A DNA stretch of 64,000 bases from Longimicrobiales bacterium (lineage in GTDB: Bacteria; Gemmatimonadota; Gemmatimonadetes; Longimicrobiales; Gaopeijiaceae): contig CAXXKM010000002.1 of NCBI GenBank assembly GCA_963664435.2, positions 768,001 to 832,000 of the forward strand. The letters are read 5' to 3'. Each line of letters opens with the position of its first letter. The first letter of the stretch is position 1. Shown here piece after piece: positions 1 through 10,243 of this stretch. A program made the position numbers and the translations under genes. Under the pieces are notes generated by a model. That model did no database searches. It was not told where the DNA came from and saw only the letters and a program-made list of their open reading frames with translations.

Positions 1-317
1 GCGGCTTCCGACAAGGCAACGGCGCCGAGCGTCGGCCAGAAGACCCTGTGGAAGGACGGTGCCTGGGCGGAGTCAGGGTCCGCCCGATCTCCGACATGGG
101 GACCGGGCAACAAGGCCAGCTCGACGATCGTGAGCCCCTCGACATTGCTCGTCGTATAGAACGGACTCCGCCGCGCTTCGGTCATCGCCGCGCTGAGCGG
201 CGCTGGTTTCATGGGTGGCGGCGCGGCTTGTGCGCCCGCGCCGACCGGGAAGGCCACGGATGCGGCCAGCATGAGGCTCGGCGCGAGGGCGTGCGCGATT
301 CGCGGTTTCGTGATCAT
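1..317 (-). CDS. Secreted/membrane hypothetical protein (runs off the window start)
   Basis: Read manually: ATG at 317 with upstream AGGAG; MITKPRIAHALAPSLMLAASVAFPVGAGAQ... is signal-peptide-like; frame stays open to position 1. Confidence 0.55.
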   Translation of the reverse strand, partial: MITKPRIAHALAPSLMLAASVAFPVGAGAQAAPPPMKPAPLSAAMTEARRSPFYTTSNVEGLTIVELALLPGPHVGDRADPDSAQAPSFHRVFWPTLGAVALSEA

Positions 318-1094
318 TGCCCAACTCCTGTTCGATGGCACTCTGGCGCAACCCTCCGGCGGCACACCGGGTGACACCTGCTCGCGAACGGCGGTCGCAA
401 GGGCCGAGTTTCCAGAACTCCCCCGTTGAAAGGGCGGTTGCTCGTGGGACGTGAGGGCCGATCCCCGCGCGGCGGCGCCAATCTCATCCGCCAGCGGAGC
501 GGCCCACGCGAGTACCTCGTCCGGTAAGGTGTCGTCAAAGGTACGTGTATTGACGTGTCGTCGCCTCCGCGACGGCTCAGAGGCCGTTTTCGGCCGATCA
601 GAGAGCTTTTCGGGTAACGTACGGGCCGCAGAATCGCTTGAGACCGACGATCTCGGGTTCCCGGGGGGTAAGGGTAGGGTGGAACGCGGTCTCGCGGGAG
701 GGCGCGCCACCGTCGTCGCCAAGGGTGAGGTGGTCGCTTTCCGCCTCGCCGTCCGGGAGGCCCTCGACCAGAGGCCGGGGGTGGTTGCCCGCGACGGCCC
801 AGTGGGCGGTTCTGGACGGTGCCCTTCGAGGCGGTTTCGGCGGCTCCGCCAAGGGCTGGCTCACGCACGGTAAGAGCGTGAGCCAGCACACGCCGTGTTG
901 AACACGGCGGCTGGCGAGGGGGTGCTGCGCCCCCTTCGACCCCAGCTTCCCGCGCCGATGTCGGAGCATCGGGTAACGGGCGGGGTGGAGCCGGCCCCCG
1001 GGCCGTCGTGAACCCTTGCGACGTGGTATCTTCCTTGAATCGCCGGAAGGCAGCCTCAACGCCGATGGCGGGCCGATTCGCTGGGGAAAGCACG

Positions 1095-4000
1095 ATGGCC
1101 GGACCGAACAAGAAGCTGGTTGGCGCCGTGGAAGCGTATTTCGCCGATCTCGGGCGTGTGCGCGCTTCCGGCGGCGCGACGGGTGAGCGCTCCTACTATC
1201 CGGCGCTGGAGGGCTTGTTGCGCGCGGTCGGAGCCACGCTCAAGCCCAAGGTGTTCTGCGTTCAGGAACTGGCGGATCAGGGGGCCGGCCATCCCGATTT
1301 CGCCCTGTACACGGCGAGGCAGGTTCAGAAGGGCCGTCCGAGGCCGGGGCAGGTTCCCGAGCGTGGCGTCATCGAGGTCAAGGGCGTCGGCGACGATGCT
1401 TGGCTCACGGCGATATCCGATCAGGTGAGCCGCTATTGGGACCGCTACCGTTTGGTGCTGGTCACGAATCTTCGGGACTTCGTCTTGGTGGGCGCGGATG
1501 GTGGGGGAGGCCCCGTCAAGCTCGAAGCCTTCCGACTGGCCGAGGATGCCGACGACTTCTGGCGCAAGGTGGAGACACCCCGCGCCTTCGCTGGCGAGGT
1601 TGGCGCGGGTCTCGGCGAGTATCTGGCCCGGGGGCTCGCGCACCGGGCCGCACTGGCCGAGCCGAAGGACTTGGCGTGGCTGTTGGCTTCCTACGCCCGC
1701 GACGGCTTGGCTCGCGTCGAGGCGGCGGGGGACACGCCGTCGCTCGTGACCGTCCGGTCGGCGCTTGAGGAAGCGCTCGGGATTCGCTTCAAGGGCCAGC
1801 GCGGTGATCGCTTCTTCCGGTCCACGTTGATCCAGACGCTGTTCTATGGCGTCTTCTCCGCATGGGTGCTGTGGTCCCGCGAAGAGGCGAAGAAGAACGG
1901 CCCGCTGTTTGAGGGCCATTACAGCCCTCAGCGGTTCAGGTGGCGCGAGGCAGCTTGGCACCTGCGGGCGCCAGTGCTCCGAGCGCTGTTTCGGCAGTTG
2001 TCCGACCCGGGCGGGTTGCAGTCCCTCGGCCTTGTCGAGGTGCTGGACTGGACATCGGCGGCGCTCGACCGGGTGGACCGGACGGCGTTCTTCTCGCGCT
2101 TCGACGAGGGCGAGGCGGTGCCGTACTTCTACGAGCCGTTCCTCGAAGCGTTCGACCCGGGCCTCCGCAAGCAGTTGGGCGTGTGGTACACGCCGACCGA
2201 GGTGGTCCGCTACATGGTGGCGCGGGTGGACAAGGCGCTTAAGGACGATCTCGGGATCCCGGCGGGGCTCGCGGCCGAGAACGTCTACGTGCTGGACCCG
2301 TGCTGCGGAACGGGGGCGTATCTGGCGGAAGTGTTCCGCCGAATCGCCGACAATCTCGGGGAGCAGGGTCTCGGGGCGCTCGCGGGCGCGGCGGTCCGGA
2401 GGGCGGCAACCGAGCGGGTGTTCGGGTTCGAGATCATGCCCGCGCCGTTCGTGGTGGCGCATTTGCAGGTCGGCCTCACCATGCAGGATTTGGGTGCGCC
2501 GCTGGCGGAGGACGGATCGGAGCGCGCCGGAGTGTTTCTTACCAACGCGCTGACGGGCTGGGAGCCGCGAACGAACAAACCGCTCCCCTTCCCGGCGCTC
2601 GAGGAAGAGCGCGACCTTGCGGAAGCCGTGAAGCAGGACATCCCGATATTGGTGATCCTGGGCAACCCGCCCTACAACGGGTATGCGGGCATGGCGGTGG
2701 ACGAGGAGCGCGAACTCTCGGAAGCCTACCGCACGGTTAAGCGCGTTCGGAAGCCCGAAGGCCAAGGCCTGAACGATCTCTACGTCCGATTCTTCCGCAT
2801 GGCGGAGCGGCGCATCGCGAAGGAGACCGGCCAAGGCGTGGTCTGCTTCATCTCCAACTACTCGTGGCTCGATGGGCTGTCCTTCACCGGGATGCGGGAG
2901 CGCTACATCGAAGCGTTCGACGAGATCCGGATCGACTGTCTGAACGGCGACAAGTACAAGACCGGCAAGGTCGCGCCGGACGGCTCGCCCGACCCGAGCA
3001 TCTTCTCCACGGAAGGAGATCCGGTTGGCATTCAAGTGGGCACGGCCATCGCGACGCTGGTGCGAAAGAGGGACCATGAACCCGCTGAATCGCTGGGGTT
3101 CCGGCACTTGTGGGGACAGGCTAAACCGGAGGAGTTGATCGCCACGGCGGAGGCGGAGCCGAACGCGCTGTACTCCGAGGTTACACCATTGCTGCCGCTG
3201 GGCCTTCCCTTTGCGGAGACGGCGGTGAGCCCCGACTGGTTCGACTGGCCCGCGCTGCCCGAGCTGTTCCCTGTCTCGTTTCCGGGCGTCAAGACGAGCC
3301 GCGACGGGTTCCTTGTGGACACCGACCTCGACCCCCTCCGGGACCGTGTTGGCGAATACTTCGACTCGGCTCTGAGGCATGAGGACATCGGGCGGCGGTA
3401 TCCAAGGGTCATGAAGTCCACAGCGCGGTTCGATGCGCGCGCGGTGCGCGATGCGCTCTTGAGGCGCGGCGGGCCGGACGAGTCGGGATTCATGCGCTTT
3501 GCCTATCGGCCGTTCGACAATCGGTGGCTCTACTGGGAGAAGGATACGAAGCTGCTCGACGAGAAGCGTGCCGACTACCGTCCCCATGTGTTCGAGGGGA
3601 ACCGATTCTTGGTGGCCCAGAAGAAGCCGCGCCGGGAATGGTCACCGCCCCAAGTCATCTCGCCGCTCGGTTGCCTCGATTTGATGGATCGCGGGGCCAC
3701 TTGCGTCCCGGTTTGGCTTCGCGAGGAAGGCTTGGGCGCGGCGACCGGCACCGAACGCCGGCCCAACCTGTCGGGAGCGGCGCAAGGGTATCTTGCCCGC
3801 CACGGTCTCGGTGTCGAGGACCTGTTCCACCACGTACTGGCCACCCTTCACGATCCAGCGTATCGAGAAGTCAACGCGGGAGCGCTGCGCATGGAATGGC
3901 CGCGCATTCCGCTGCCCGGCTGGCCGGACGGCAAGTCCGAAGGAGTGGCGGAAGCAATCGCCCGGTCAGCGGCACGAGGCCGCACGATTGCCGCACTGCT

Positions 4001-4462
4001 CGATTCGGACCGACTGGTGTCAAGCGGAGCGGGGACCGACTTGCGCCCCGAAGTCGCCGTGCCGAGCACGGTCGCGGGGCGGAGGACGATTTCGCCGTGA
4101 GTGCGGGCTGGGGCCACTTTGGCACGGGCGACGCCGTGATGCCCGGCCGGGGCCGCATCGTCGAGCGTGCCTATCGACCCGAGGAGCGCGCAGCTTTGGC
4201 GGCACGCATCGCCGTACTCGGTGAGACCACCTTCGATGTCTACCTGAACGGGGAGGCGTACTGGCGCAACGTCCCCTCCGCCGTCTGGGACTACCGGCTC
4301 GGCGGCTATCAAGTGCTCAAGAAGTGGCTTTCGTATCGAGAGCGCGCGGTCTTGGGCCGAAGGCTTCACGCCGAGGAAGTTCAGCACTTCACCGACACGG
4401 CGCGCCGAATCGGCGCGTTGCTGCTGGCCACATCCGGCGAACCCGAGAGGAGTTCACAATGA
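1095..4462 (+). pseudogene. Type ISP/IIG-like restriction-modification enzyme (N6-adenine MTase plus C-terminal specificity domain), frameshifted near 4075-4085
   Basis: N-terminal PD..EVK nuclease-like motif, WYTP, motif I DPCCGTG, motif IV GNPPY. The ORF stops at 4100, but the typical C-terminus (GWGHFG...VWDYRLGGYQVLKKWLSYR) continues in another frame to 4462. Confidence 0.85.
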
Positions 4463-4671
4463 CCGAGAAGCTCATCGACCGAAACCCCGATGTCTTGGGC
4501 GGTACGCCCGTGTTCTCGGGGACCAGGGTTCCCGTGCGCATCCTGATGGAGCACCTCGAAGCGGGCGACCGTCTCGACGACTTTCTGGACGACTACCCCA
4601 CGGTGACGAGGGAGCAGGCCGTCGCGCTGCTCGAACGGGCCACGGTGCAACTGGTCGGCGATGCCCGATGA
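4459..4671 (+). CDS. DUF433-family antitoxin
   Basis: MTEKLIDRNPDVLGGTPVFSGTRVPV...DDYPTVTREQ; ATGA overlap with the upstream stop; GAGGAG RBS. Confidence 0.9.
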   Translation: MTEKLIDRNPDVLGGTPVFSGTRVPVRILMEHLEAGDRLDDFLDDYPTVTREQAVALLERATVQLVGDAR

Positions 4672-4994
4672 AGGTGTTGCTCGACGAATCCGTTCCAAGG
4701 CGACTCGCGGCGGAGTTTCCCGATTCGTTCGGAACGCGCACGGTCCAGGAAATGGGTTGGGCCGGGTGCACGAACGGTGAGTTGCTGCGACTCGTGGCTG
4801 AACATCGATTCGGTGTTCTTGTCACGGTGGACCAAGGGTTCGCGTTTCAGCAGAGCATCCGGGACCTTCCGATCCCCGTCGTCATCATGATCGCCGGTCG
4901 CACCCGATTGCAGGAATTGCGCCCCCTCGTACCGGAAGTGATCGCCGTTCTCTCGGGCAATCCCGGTCGGAGGATCCACCGTGTCGTGGCCTAA
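4668..4994 (+). CDS. DUF5615/PIN-like (VapC45-type) toxin
   Basis: MKVLLDESVP...NGELL...LVTVDQGF; translationally coupled to DUF433. Confidence 0.88.
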   Translation: MKVLLDESVPRRLAAEFPDSFGTRTVQEMGWAGCTNGELLRLVAEHRFGVLVTVDQGFAFQQSIRDLPIPVVIMIAGRTRLQELRPLVPEVIAVLSGNPGRRIHRVVA

Positions 4995-5089
4995 GAGATC
5001 TTGCCCACGGGGGCCGGCACCCGTCGAGTCCGGCAAGTCGGCGGTGTCGCGGGTTCGTCGCTTACGGCAATGGAGACTGTCCAGCGACA

Positions 5090-5833
5090 TTGACGCTGCC
5101 CGACCGCTCTTCGAGTTTTCCCGATAGGGCAATTCCCGACTTCACCGCGTCCATCCGGGACGCACTTGGCCTCGAAAGGGTAACCACATGCAACTTGCAT
5201 GATGCCGTCATGCAGTACATGGAGCGCGAACTGAAGAAGGACTCCGGTGTGAAGAACGCCACCTTGTTCACCGGTGCCCGCGAGATCGACGAGTCGGTCG
5301 GGGAGCTCACCCTGCAACAGTTTCACGCCAAGTATCGGCTACCGGCGACCCGGCGGATAGCGCCACGAAAGCAGCCCGCACGGCAGCAGAAGCCGGTCCC
5401 GGCACCCGACCCCGCGCCCGCGGCATCCGGCGACGGTGGCACCGTCATGGAGTACGTGGAGCGGACGCTCGAAGCAAACCCCAACGTCGCGAACGCGGAC
5501 CTGTTCGCGGGTGCCCGCGAGATCGACCCCTCCATCGCGGAACTCTCAGGCCGACAGTTCCACGCGAAGTATCCCCTGCAAGTGAAGGCGCGGCTCGCAA
5601 GGGCCGCCGCTCCCGAGCCCGAGACGCCCTCGGCGCCGGAGGTCCCAACGTCCGAGGAGCCCACCGCCCCGCAGGCACCGTCGGCGGTGGCGGGCGACCC
5701 GCTCGCGGTTCGCCGCCTGTTGCTCGATCTGGCCAAGGAACTCGCGAACGCGGAGAGCAAGGCGGAGGTGATCGAGGTCATGGCCCGGCTGGACGACTAT
5801 GTGGCCAAGATCATGGAGGCGGCACAGGGCTGA
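5090..5833 (+). CDS. Hypothetical protein with a duplicated ~45-aa helical domain and a C-terminal helical domain (start uncertain)
   Basis: Two copies of VM.Y.ER.L......NA.LF.GAREID.S..EL...QFHAKY separated by Pro/Ala linkers. Confidence 0.75.
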   Translation: MTLPDRSSSFPDRAIPDFTASIRDALGLERVTTCNLHDAVMQYMERELKKDSGVKNATLFTGAREIDESVGELTLQQFHAKYRLPATRRIAPRKQPARQQKPVPAPDPAPAASGDGGTVMEYVERTLEANPNVANADLFAGAREIDPSIAELSGRQFHAKYPLQVKARLARAAAPEPETPSAPEVPTSEEPTAPQAPSAVAGDPLAVRRLLLDLAKELANAESKAEVIEVMARLDDYVAKIMEAAQG

Positions 5834-5986
5834 GTCGTCCGCGAGCCTCGGCAGCCGGACATCGGCTTCGAGGGCCGCGAGGGTGCGGCCGTGACGCGCA
5901 CGGGTTGCGCGGCTCCGGCGTCCGGCCTCGGGCTTCCGGGGACGGACCATTGCGGGCGGCCCTCCTCGGGCCGCGCGGATGCCGCT

Positions 5987-6044
5987 CGGGGGTTCGGGGG
6001 TTTCCCCCGGCCAGAGGTTTTCGTGAAACGAAAACACATCTGGC
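5987..6044. other. oriT-like double hairpin
   Basis: CGGGGG-TTT-CCCCCG (5995-6009), then GCCAGA-G-GTTTTCGT-GAA-ACGAAAAC-ACA-TCTGGC (6010-6044); directly upstream of the integrase. Confidence 0.45.
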
Positions 6045-6188
6045 TCCACGGTAACCCGCAGAAACGAACGGCCCAGGACGCGCCTCACGCGGAAGCGGCC
6101 CGGGCCGCCAACTCTGGACGACGCGCCCGCGCGGCGCGAGGTTTCAAACACGCAGATCGTGCAGTCCATCATTCGGAGGTATCGAACG

Positions 6189-7349
6189 ATGGTACGCACG
6201 AAACGAAACCGGCGCTCCTACGGCGCCGGAGAATGGGGCCGCAACAGAGTCAGGGTGTTCCCGGACCCGAAAACCGGCCTGTTCCAGATTGAGTGGCGCG
6301 AGAACGGTCGAAGGCTGACCCGGTCGCTTGGGCACCGCGAGTGGACTCGCGCCAAGCGGCAGGCGGACGAGTTCGCCGCCGGGTTCGTTGGACCCGAGAT
6401 CGGGGGCAAGGCGAAAGCCGAGCCCGACCCGCTCACGCTGGAGATGCTCTTTGACATCTACGGTGAGGAGGTGACGCCCACGAAGACGGAGCGGGTCCGG
6501 CACCGGGACAGAATCGGGACGAGGATGTTCCTCGACCTCCTCGGGCGGGATCGAAGGCCCGAGACGTTGTCGCAGAGGGACTGGGACCGCTTCATCCGGG
6601 AGCGCCGGGCGGGCAGGATCGGACCGAGCGGGAAACCCGTGTCCAACCGGACCATCGAGTTGGACCTGAAGTTCCTGCTCGCGGTGCTCAACTGGGCGAC
6701 GAAGTCCAGAGACGAGGAAGGCCGCATGTTGCTCGACAGAAACCCGCTGAGGGGCCTGACGACGCCCAAGGAGAAGAACCCCGCCCGGGTCGTCCTCTCC
6801 GAGGAGGAGTACCAGGCGATGCTCGGGGTATCCCGGCAGGTCGATTGGCGGTTCCACGTCGCGTTCGTGCTCGCCCACGAAACCGGCCACCGGATCGGGG
6901 CCATCCGCAACCTTCGGTGGGGGGACATCGATTTCGAGGGCCGTGAGGTGAGGTGGCGCGCCGAGCACGAGAAGACCGGCTACGAGCACGTCACGCCGAT
7001 GACGGACGAGGCGGTCGCGGTGTTGCAAGAGGCGGGCGTGATGGGCACCGAGGCCGGCAATGCCCCGGTGCTGCCCTCGTCGAGGGACGCCACGCGGTCG
7101 GTGGACCGCTCTTCCGTCTTTCATTGGTGGAGCAAGGCCGAAACGCTCGCGGGACTGGAGCCGAAACCGCGGCGGGGCTGGCACTCGCTGAGGCGCAAGT
7201 TCGCCAGCGACCTGATGGACCTGCCGCTCAAGGTGCTCTGCGAGCTTGGCGGCTGGCGGGATGCCCAGACGGTGCTCAGGTGCTACCAGAGGCCGAGCGC
7301 TGGACAACTCAGGACGGCACTGGAAGGCCGCAGTAGGGTGCGCGGCTGA
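6189..7349 (+). CDS. Tyrosine recombinase/integrase
   Basis: Catalytic signature TGHRIG, WHSLRR, GGW, CYQ; GGAGGT RBS before ATG 6189. Confidence 0.93.
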   Translation: MVRTKRNRRSYGAGEWGRNRVRVFPDPKTGLFQIEWRENGRRLTRSLGHREWTRAKRQADEFAAGFVGPEIGGKAKAEPDPLTLEMLFDIYGEEVTPTKTERVRHRDRIGTRMFLDLLGRDRRPETLSQRDWDRFIRERRAGRIGPSGKPVSNRTIELDLKFLLAVLNWATKSRDEEGRMLLDRNPLRGLTTPKEKNPARVVLSEEEYQAMLGVSRQVDWRFHVAFVLAHETGHRIGAIRNLRWGDIDFEGREVRWRAEHEKTGYEHVTPMTDEAVAVLQEAGVMGTEAGNAPVLPSSRDATRSVDRSSVFHWWSKAETLAGLEPKPRRGWHSLRRKFASDLMDLPLKVLCELGGWRDAQTVLRCYQRPSAGQLRTALEGRSRVRG

Positions 7350-7360
7350 AATCCGGACCA

Positions 7361-7436
7361 GCGGGAATCATTCGGCGGGAATCCGGCCCACGAAACTCCT
7401 AAGGCCATCGGGTGCAATCAGTTGTAAACCCGATGC
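7361..7436 (+). mobile_element. Putative element terminus (att end) of integrase 1
   Basis: GCGGGAATC boxes at 7361 and 7375; CATCGGGT..ACCCGATG inverted repeat; ends AAACCCGATGC; same layout after integrase 2. Confidence 0.6.
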
Positions 7437-7439
7437 ATC

Positions 7440-7698
7440 TTGTCGCCTCGGCGGGCGTCACGCCCAGCACCGGCCCGATGCCGTAGAAGACGATCGCGGC
7501 GGGGACGATGTGGGAGAGGCGGGCGAAAACCTTGCGCTCGATGACGCGGTCGTCCCACGAGGAACGCGTCCGGGCCGCGACCCGCCGGATCGCGCCGTGA
7601 ACGATCCGGGTGGTCACCCAGTCGACGATCCACGCGCCGGCGACGAGGATCACGAGCCCGGCGACCAGGCTCAGCCAGTTGTCGGGTAGGAATGGCAT
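7440..7698 (-). pseudogene. 5' part of an MscS-family mechanosensitive channel gene, truncated by the element end
   Basis: TM segments plus RTRSSWDDRVIERKVFARLSHIVPA, as in YbdG/MscS N-termini; runs into element sequence after VTPAEA. Confidence 0.7.
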
Positions 7699-7725
7699 TG
7701 GTTCGGTTTTCGGCTCCCGCGCGTT

Positions 7726-7788
7726 CTAGATCTTCCTGCGCAGCCAGTCCAGGACGAGGCGCAGGGCGTACCTGAGAATCCGGATCAT
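7726..7788 (-). CDS. Putative 20-aa cationic amphipathic peptide MIRILRYALRLVLDWLRRKI
   Basis: ATG..TAG ORF read manually; AAGGAC upstream; below the ORF-track size cutoff. Confidence 0.35.
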   Translation of the reverse strand: MIRILRYALRLVLDWLRRKI

Positions 7789-7885
7789 GGCGGGGCCGTC
7801 CTTGTTGGGTTGTCGGGCATCGGCTGGCGGATGCCGGCATCACGATAAGGACGTGTACGGGAAGAGGGGGGTCAAGGGTTTGGCG

Positions 7886-10243
7886 CTACCCGATCAACCG
7901 GCGCAGGGCGGCGATTTCGTCCTGGATCGAGCGCTCGATATCGTCGGCACGGCGGTCGGCGTCGAGTTCCTCGATCTGCGTCTCGATCTCGCGGATCTTG
8001 CCGTCCAGGTCGTATTCCTCGATCTGCGACTCGAGCTCCGCGATCCTGCCATCGAGGTCGTATTCCTCGATCTGTGCTTCGATGGCGGCTACGCTCCCCG
8101 CGAGATCATACTCCTCGATCTGCCCTGCCAGTTCGGCCAGCCGCACTTCCAGGTCATCTTCCACGCGCTGCGTCGAATCCCGATACACCTCGTCGAGCGT
8201 CTCCAGACTCTCACGCAGCCGTTGCACACTTTGCGACAGCCCGTTCAGAGCCTCGCGCACGGCCGTCGCTTCCGGAACCTGCCCCGCTCTCCCGAATGCC
8301 CGGGACCAATCGACATCGTCCAAGGACCGCGTCGCACCCTGAACGTCGATTCGGTCGACGCGGTAGACTCGTTCGGCAGCTTGCCGGACCGCTGCAAGCG
8401 GTCCCTGCAGCCGGATGGCGCGAACCCTGGCGGAAGCCATCTGCGCGTGCAGTCCGGCAACATGCGCCCTGAGCGAAGCGATCTGACCGTCCAACGTCGC
8501 AACGTGCCAGCGGTGAGACGCGATCCTTCCCTGGAGCGTCGCGACCCAACCCCTGTGGGACGCGATCTCGCCGCGGAGGCTGGCTTCCCTGCCGCGAATC
8601 TGCTGCGCCTCACCGGAGCGTGCCAACACGGTGAACATCAAGTCGCGCCAATCCCGGGCCTCGGCGTCCAACGGTTGGGGCCGCCCATCGATGCTCCAGT
8701 CGTACTCGAGGCCATCGGGACCCGATGTGATGACCATCCGATGCAACATCTCGGCCTTCGACTGCAGCACCACCCAGCTGGCGGCATCCATGCTCTCAAG
8801 GGTTGTGCCGCTTGCGGTCATGACGACGTCGCCACGGCTTCGCATGCAGAGCTGCATCCCGTCCACGGTCGTCTGGACGGTCGTTGATCCACCGTCCCGC
8901 GTCTGGCGTACGCTCCAGAGATTGCAATCGAGCTCCTGCAGGGAGATGACTGCCGGGGGCTCCGGCACCGCGGTCTCCGGAGTGGTTGGCTCCGGCACCG
9001 CGTTCCCCGGGGACGCCGGCTCCGGCACCGGGTCCGCTTCCGCCATCGGCTCTGGTGAGGGAGCAGGAATCATGCGCTCCTGCGGTTGCGCCTCGCCCGA
9101 GGCCGTCTCCTCCACGTGGGGAGCGGGCTGCGCGGCCGAATCCCCCGGGACCGGATTGGCGCAGGCGATGAGCGTCCCCGCCACGCTGATGCCCGCCAGC
9201 GCGGCGGTGGTGCGGGCGAGCGAATAGCGGGGGCGATCCTGCTTCAGGATGGACATGATCCGGTTCTCCAGTTGCGAGCGCTGCACCATGGGGAGGGCCA
9301 GCACGGCGGGACCGTCCTTCGTCTCCGACGCGAGCGAGAACAGGTGCCGGGCGTACGCCGAGGGGCGGGTGCCGAGCGCCAGCACCTCCTCGTCGCATGA
9401 TCGCTCGGCGGCGATGGTCGCAGCCCGCCACGCCAGCCAGCTGAGGGGGTGGAACCAGTAGAGCGCCACGGCGGCACGTCCAACCACCTGTCGGAGCGCG
9501 TCCCGGCGGCGGGCATGGACCAGTTCGTGGGCCAGTACTACCCCACGGCGCTCCGGCGACCAGCCTTCCGCCGCGGACGGCAGAAGGATCACCGGTCGCC
9601 ACGCGCCGCCCGCCATCGCCGTGGCCACACTCGAGCTCATCAGGACTCGGACTTCGTCCCGAACGCGCAGGCGCCTTCGGATGGTCCTGAACTGTTGCAG
9701 CCAGGCCGGATTTCGCACCGGGACCGCTTCGCGGACCAGCTTCCGGAAGCGGAGGCCTCCGACTCCCAGAGACGTAAGCGTTGCAACACAGCCCAGAGCC
9801 CAAACCAGGAACGCGATGCCGGCGGGGGTCACCGGGACGGGCTCGCCGCTTGTTCCGGGCCCGGCCGCGCGTGACGCCAGCGTGCCGGAACCGGATGAGG
9901 CCATCGAGCCTTCGATCCGGCGCGGGGACCCGAATGAGGTGGTTGAGCCGCGCATCCCGGGCGCAACTCCTGCCGCCGGTGCCTCCTGGGCCGCCATCTC
10001 GAAGGACGGGCCCTCGGCCTCAACGCCCCTCTCCGGCAGGATGGGCACCGACCACGACGGGCCCAGCAGGCTCACCACCGGCAGCGCCAGCAGCACGACA
10101 AACGTCGTCGTCCATAGCAGGTGCAGGGTTCGGGCTGATCCCCGGCGCGCGAGCCACGCCAGGGCCAATGCCAGGCAAAGGACCAGCGTTGCCCTCGCGG
10201 CAAGTCCAGCCACACCGGCTGCGGCAGCGTCCAACCCGCTCAC
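7886..10243 (-). CDS. M56 (BlaR1/MecR1-like) metallopeptidase with a coiled-coil repeat C-terminus
   Basis: N-terminal TMs, HELVH zinc motif, ERSCDEEV; 14-aa and 16-aa (IEEYDLDG) repeats; coupled to BlaI. Confidence 0.9.
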   Translation of the reverse strand: MSGLDAAAAGVAGLAARATLVLCLALALAWLARRGSARTLHLLWTTTFVVLLALPVVSLLGPSWSVPILPERGVEAEGPSFEMAAQEAPAAGVAPGMRGSTTSFGSPRRIEGSMASSGSGTLASRAAGPGTSGEPVPVTPAGIAFLVWALGCVATLTSLGVGGLRFRKLVREAVPVRNPAWLQQFRTIRRRLRVRDEVRVLMSSSVATAMAGGAWRPVILLPSAAEGWSPERRGVVLAHELVHARRRDALRQVVGRAAVALYWFHPLSWLAWRAATIAAERSCDEEVLALGTRPSAYARHLFSLASETKDGPAVLALPMVQRSQLENRIMSILKQDRPRYSLARTTAALAGISVAGTLIACANPVPGDSAAQPAPHVEETASGEAQPQERMIPAPSPEPMAEADPVPEPASPGNAVPEPTTPETAVPEPPAVISLQELDCNLWSVRQTRDGGSTTVQTTVDGMQLCMRSRGDVVMTASGTTLESMDAASWVVLQSKAEMLHRMVITSGPDGLEYDWSIDGRPQPLDAEARDWRDLMFTVLARSGEAQQIRGREASLRGEIASHRGWVATLQGRIASHRWHVATLDGQIASLRAHVAGLHAQMASARVRAIRLQGPLAAVRQAAERVYRVDRIDVQGATRSLDDVDWSRAFGRAGQVPEATAVREALNGLSQSVQRLRESLETLDEVYRDSTQRVEDDLEVRLAELAGQIEEYDLAGSVAAIEAQIEEYDLDGRIAELESQIEEYDLDGKIREIETQIEELDADRRADDIERSIQDEIAALRRLIG

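Noticed and set aside
380..1000. Possible genes or the left end of element 1
   Set aside because: The ORFs are low-information and no inverted copy of the terminal boxes was found; the boundary may lie outside the window
1056..3587. Long antisense ORFs (also 20645-22492, 22434-24800, 31132-33825, and the 5' part of 42249-45176)
   Set aside because: Shadow frames of high-GC genes with no recognisable motifs
7379..7388. GAATCCGGCC in both element ends matches the tRNA-Pro T-arm (20663-20672), suggesting a tRNA att core
   Set aside because: Only 10 bp, it does not extend to the tRNA 3' end, and it is part of the repeated box lying 48 bp inside the apparent boundary
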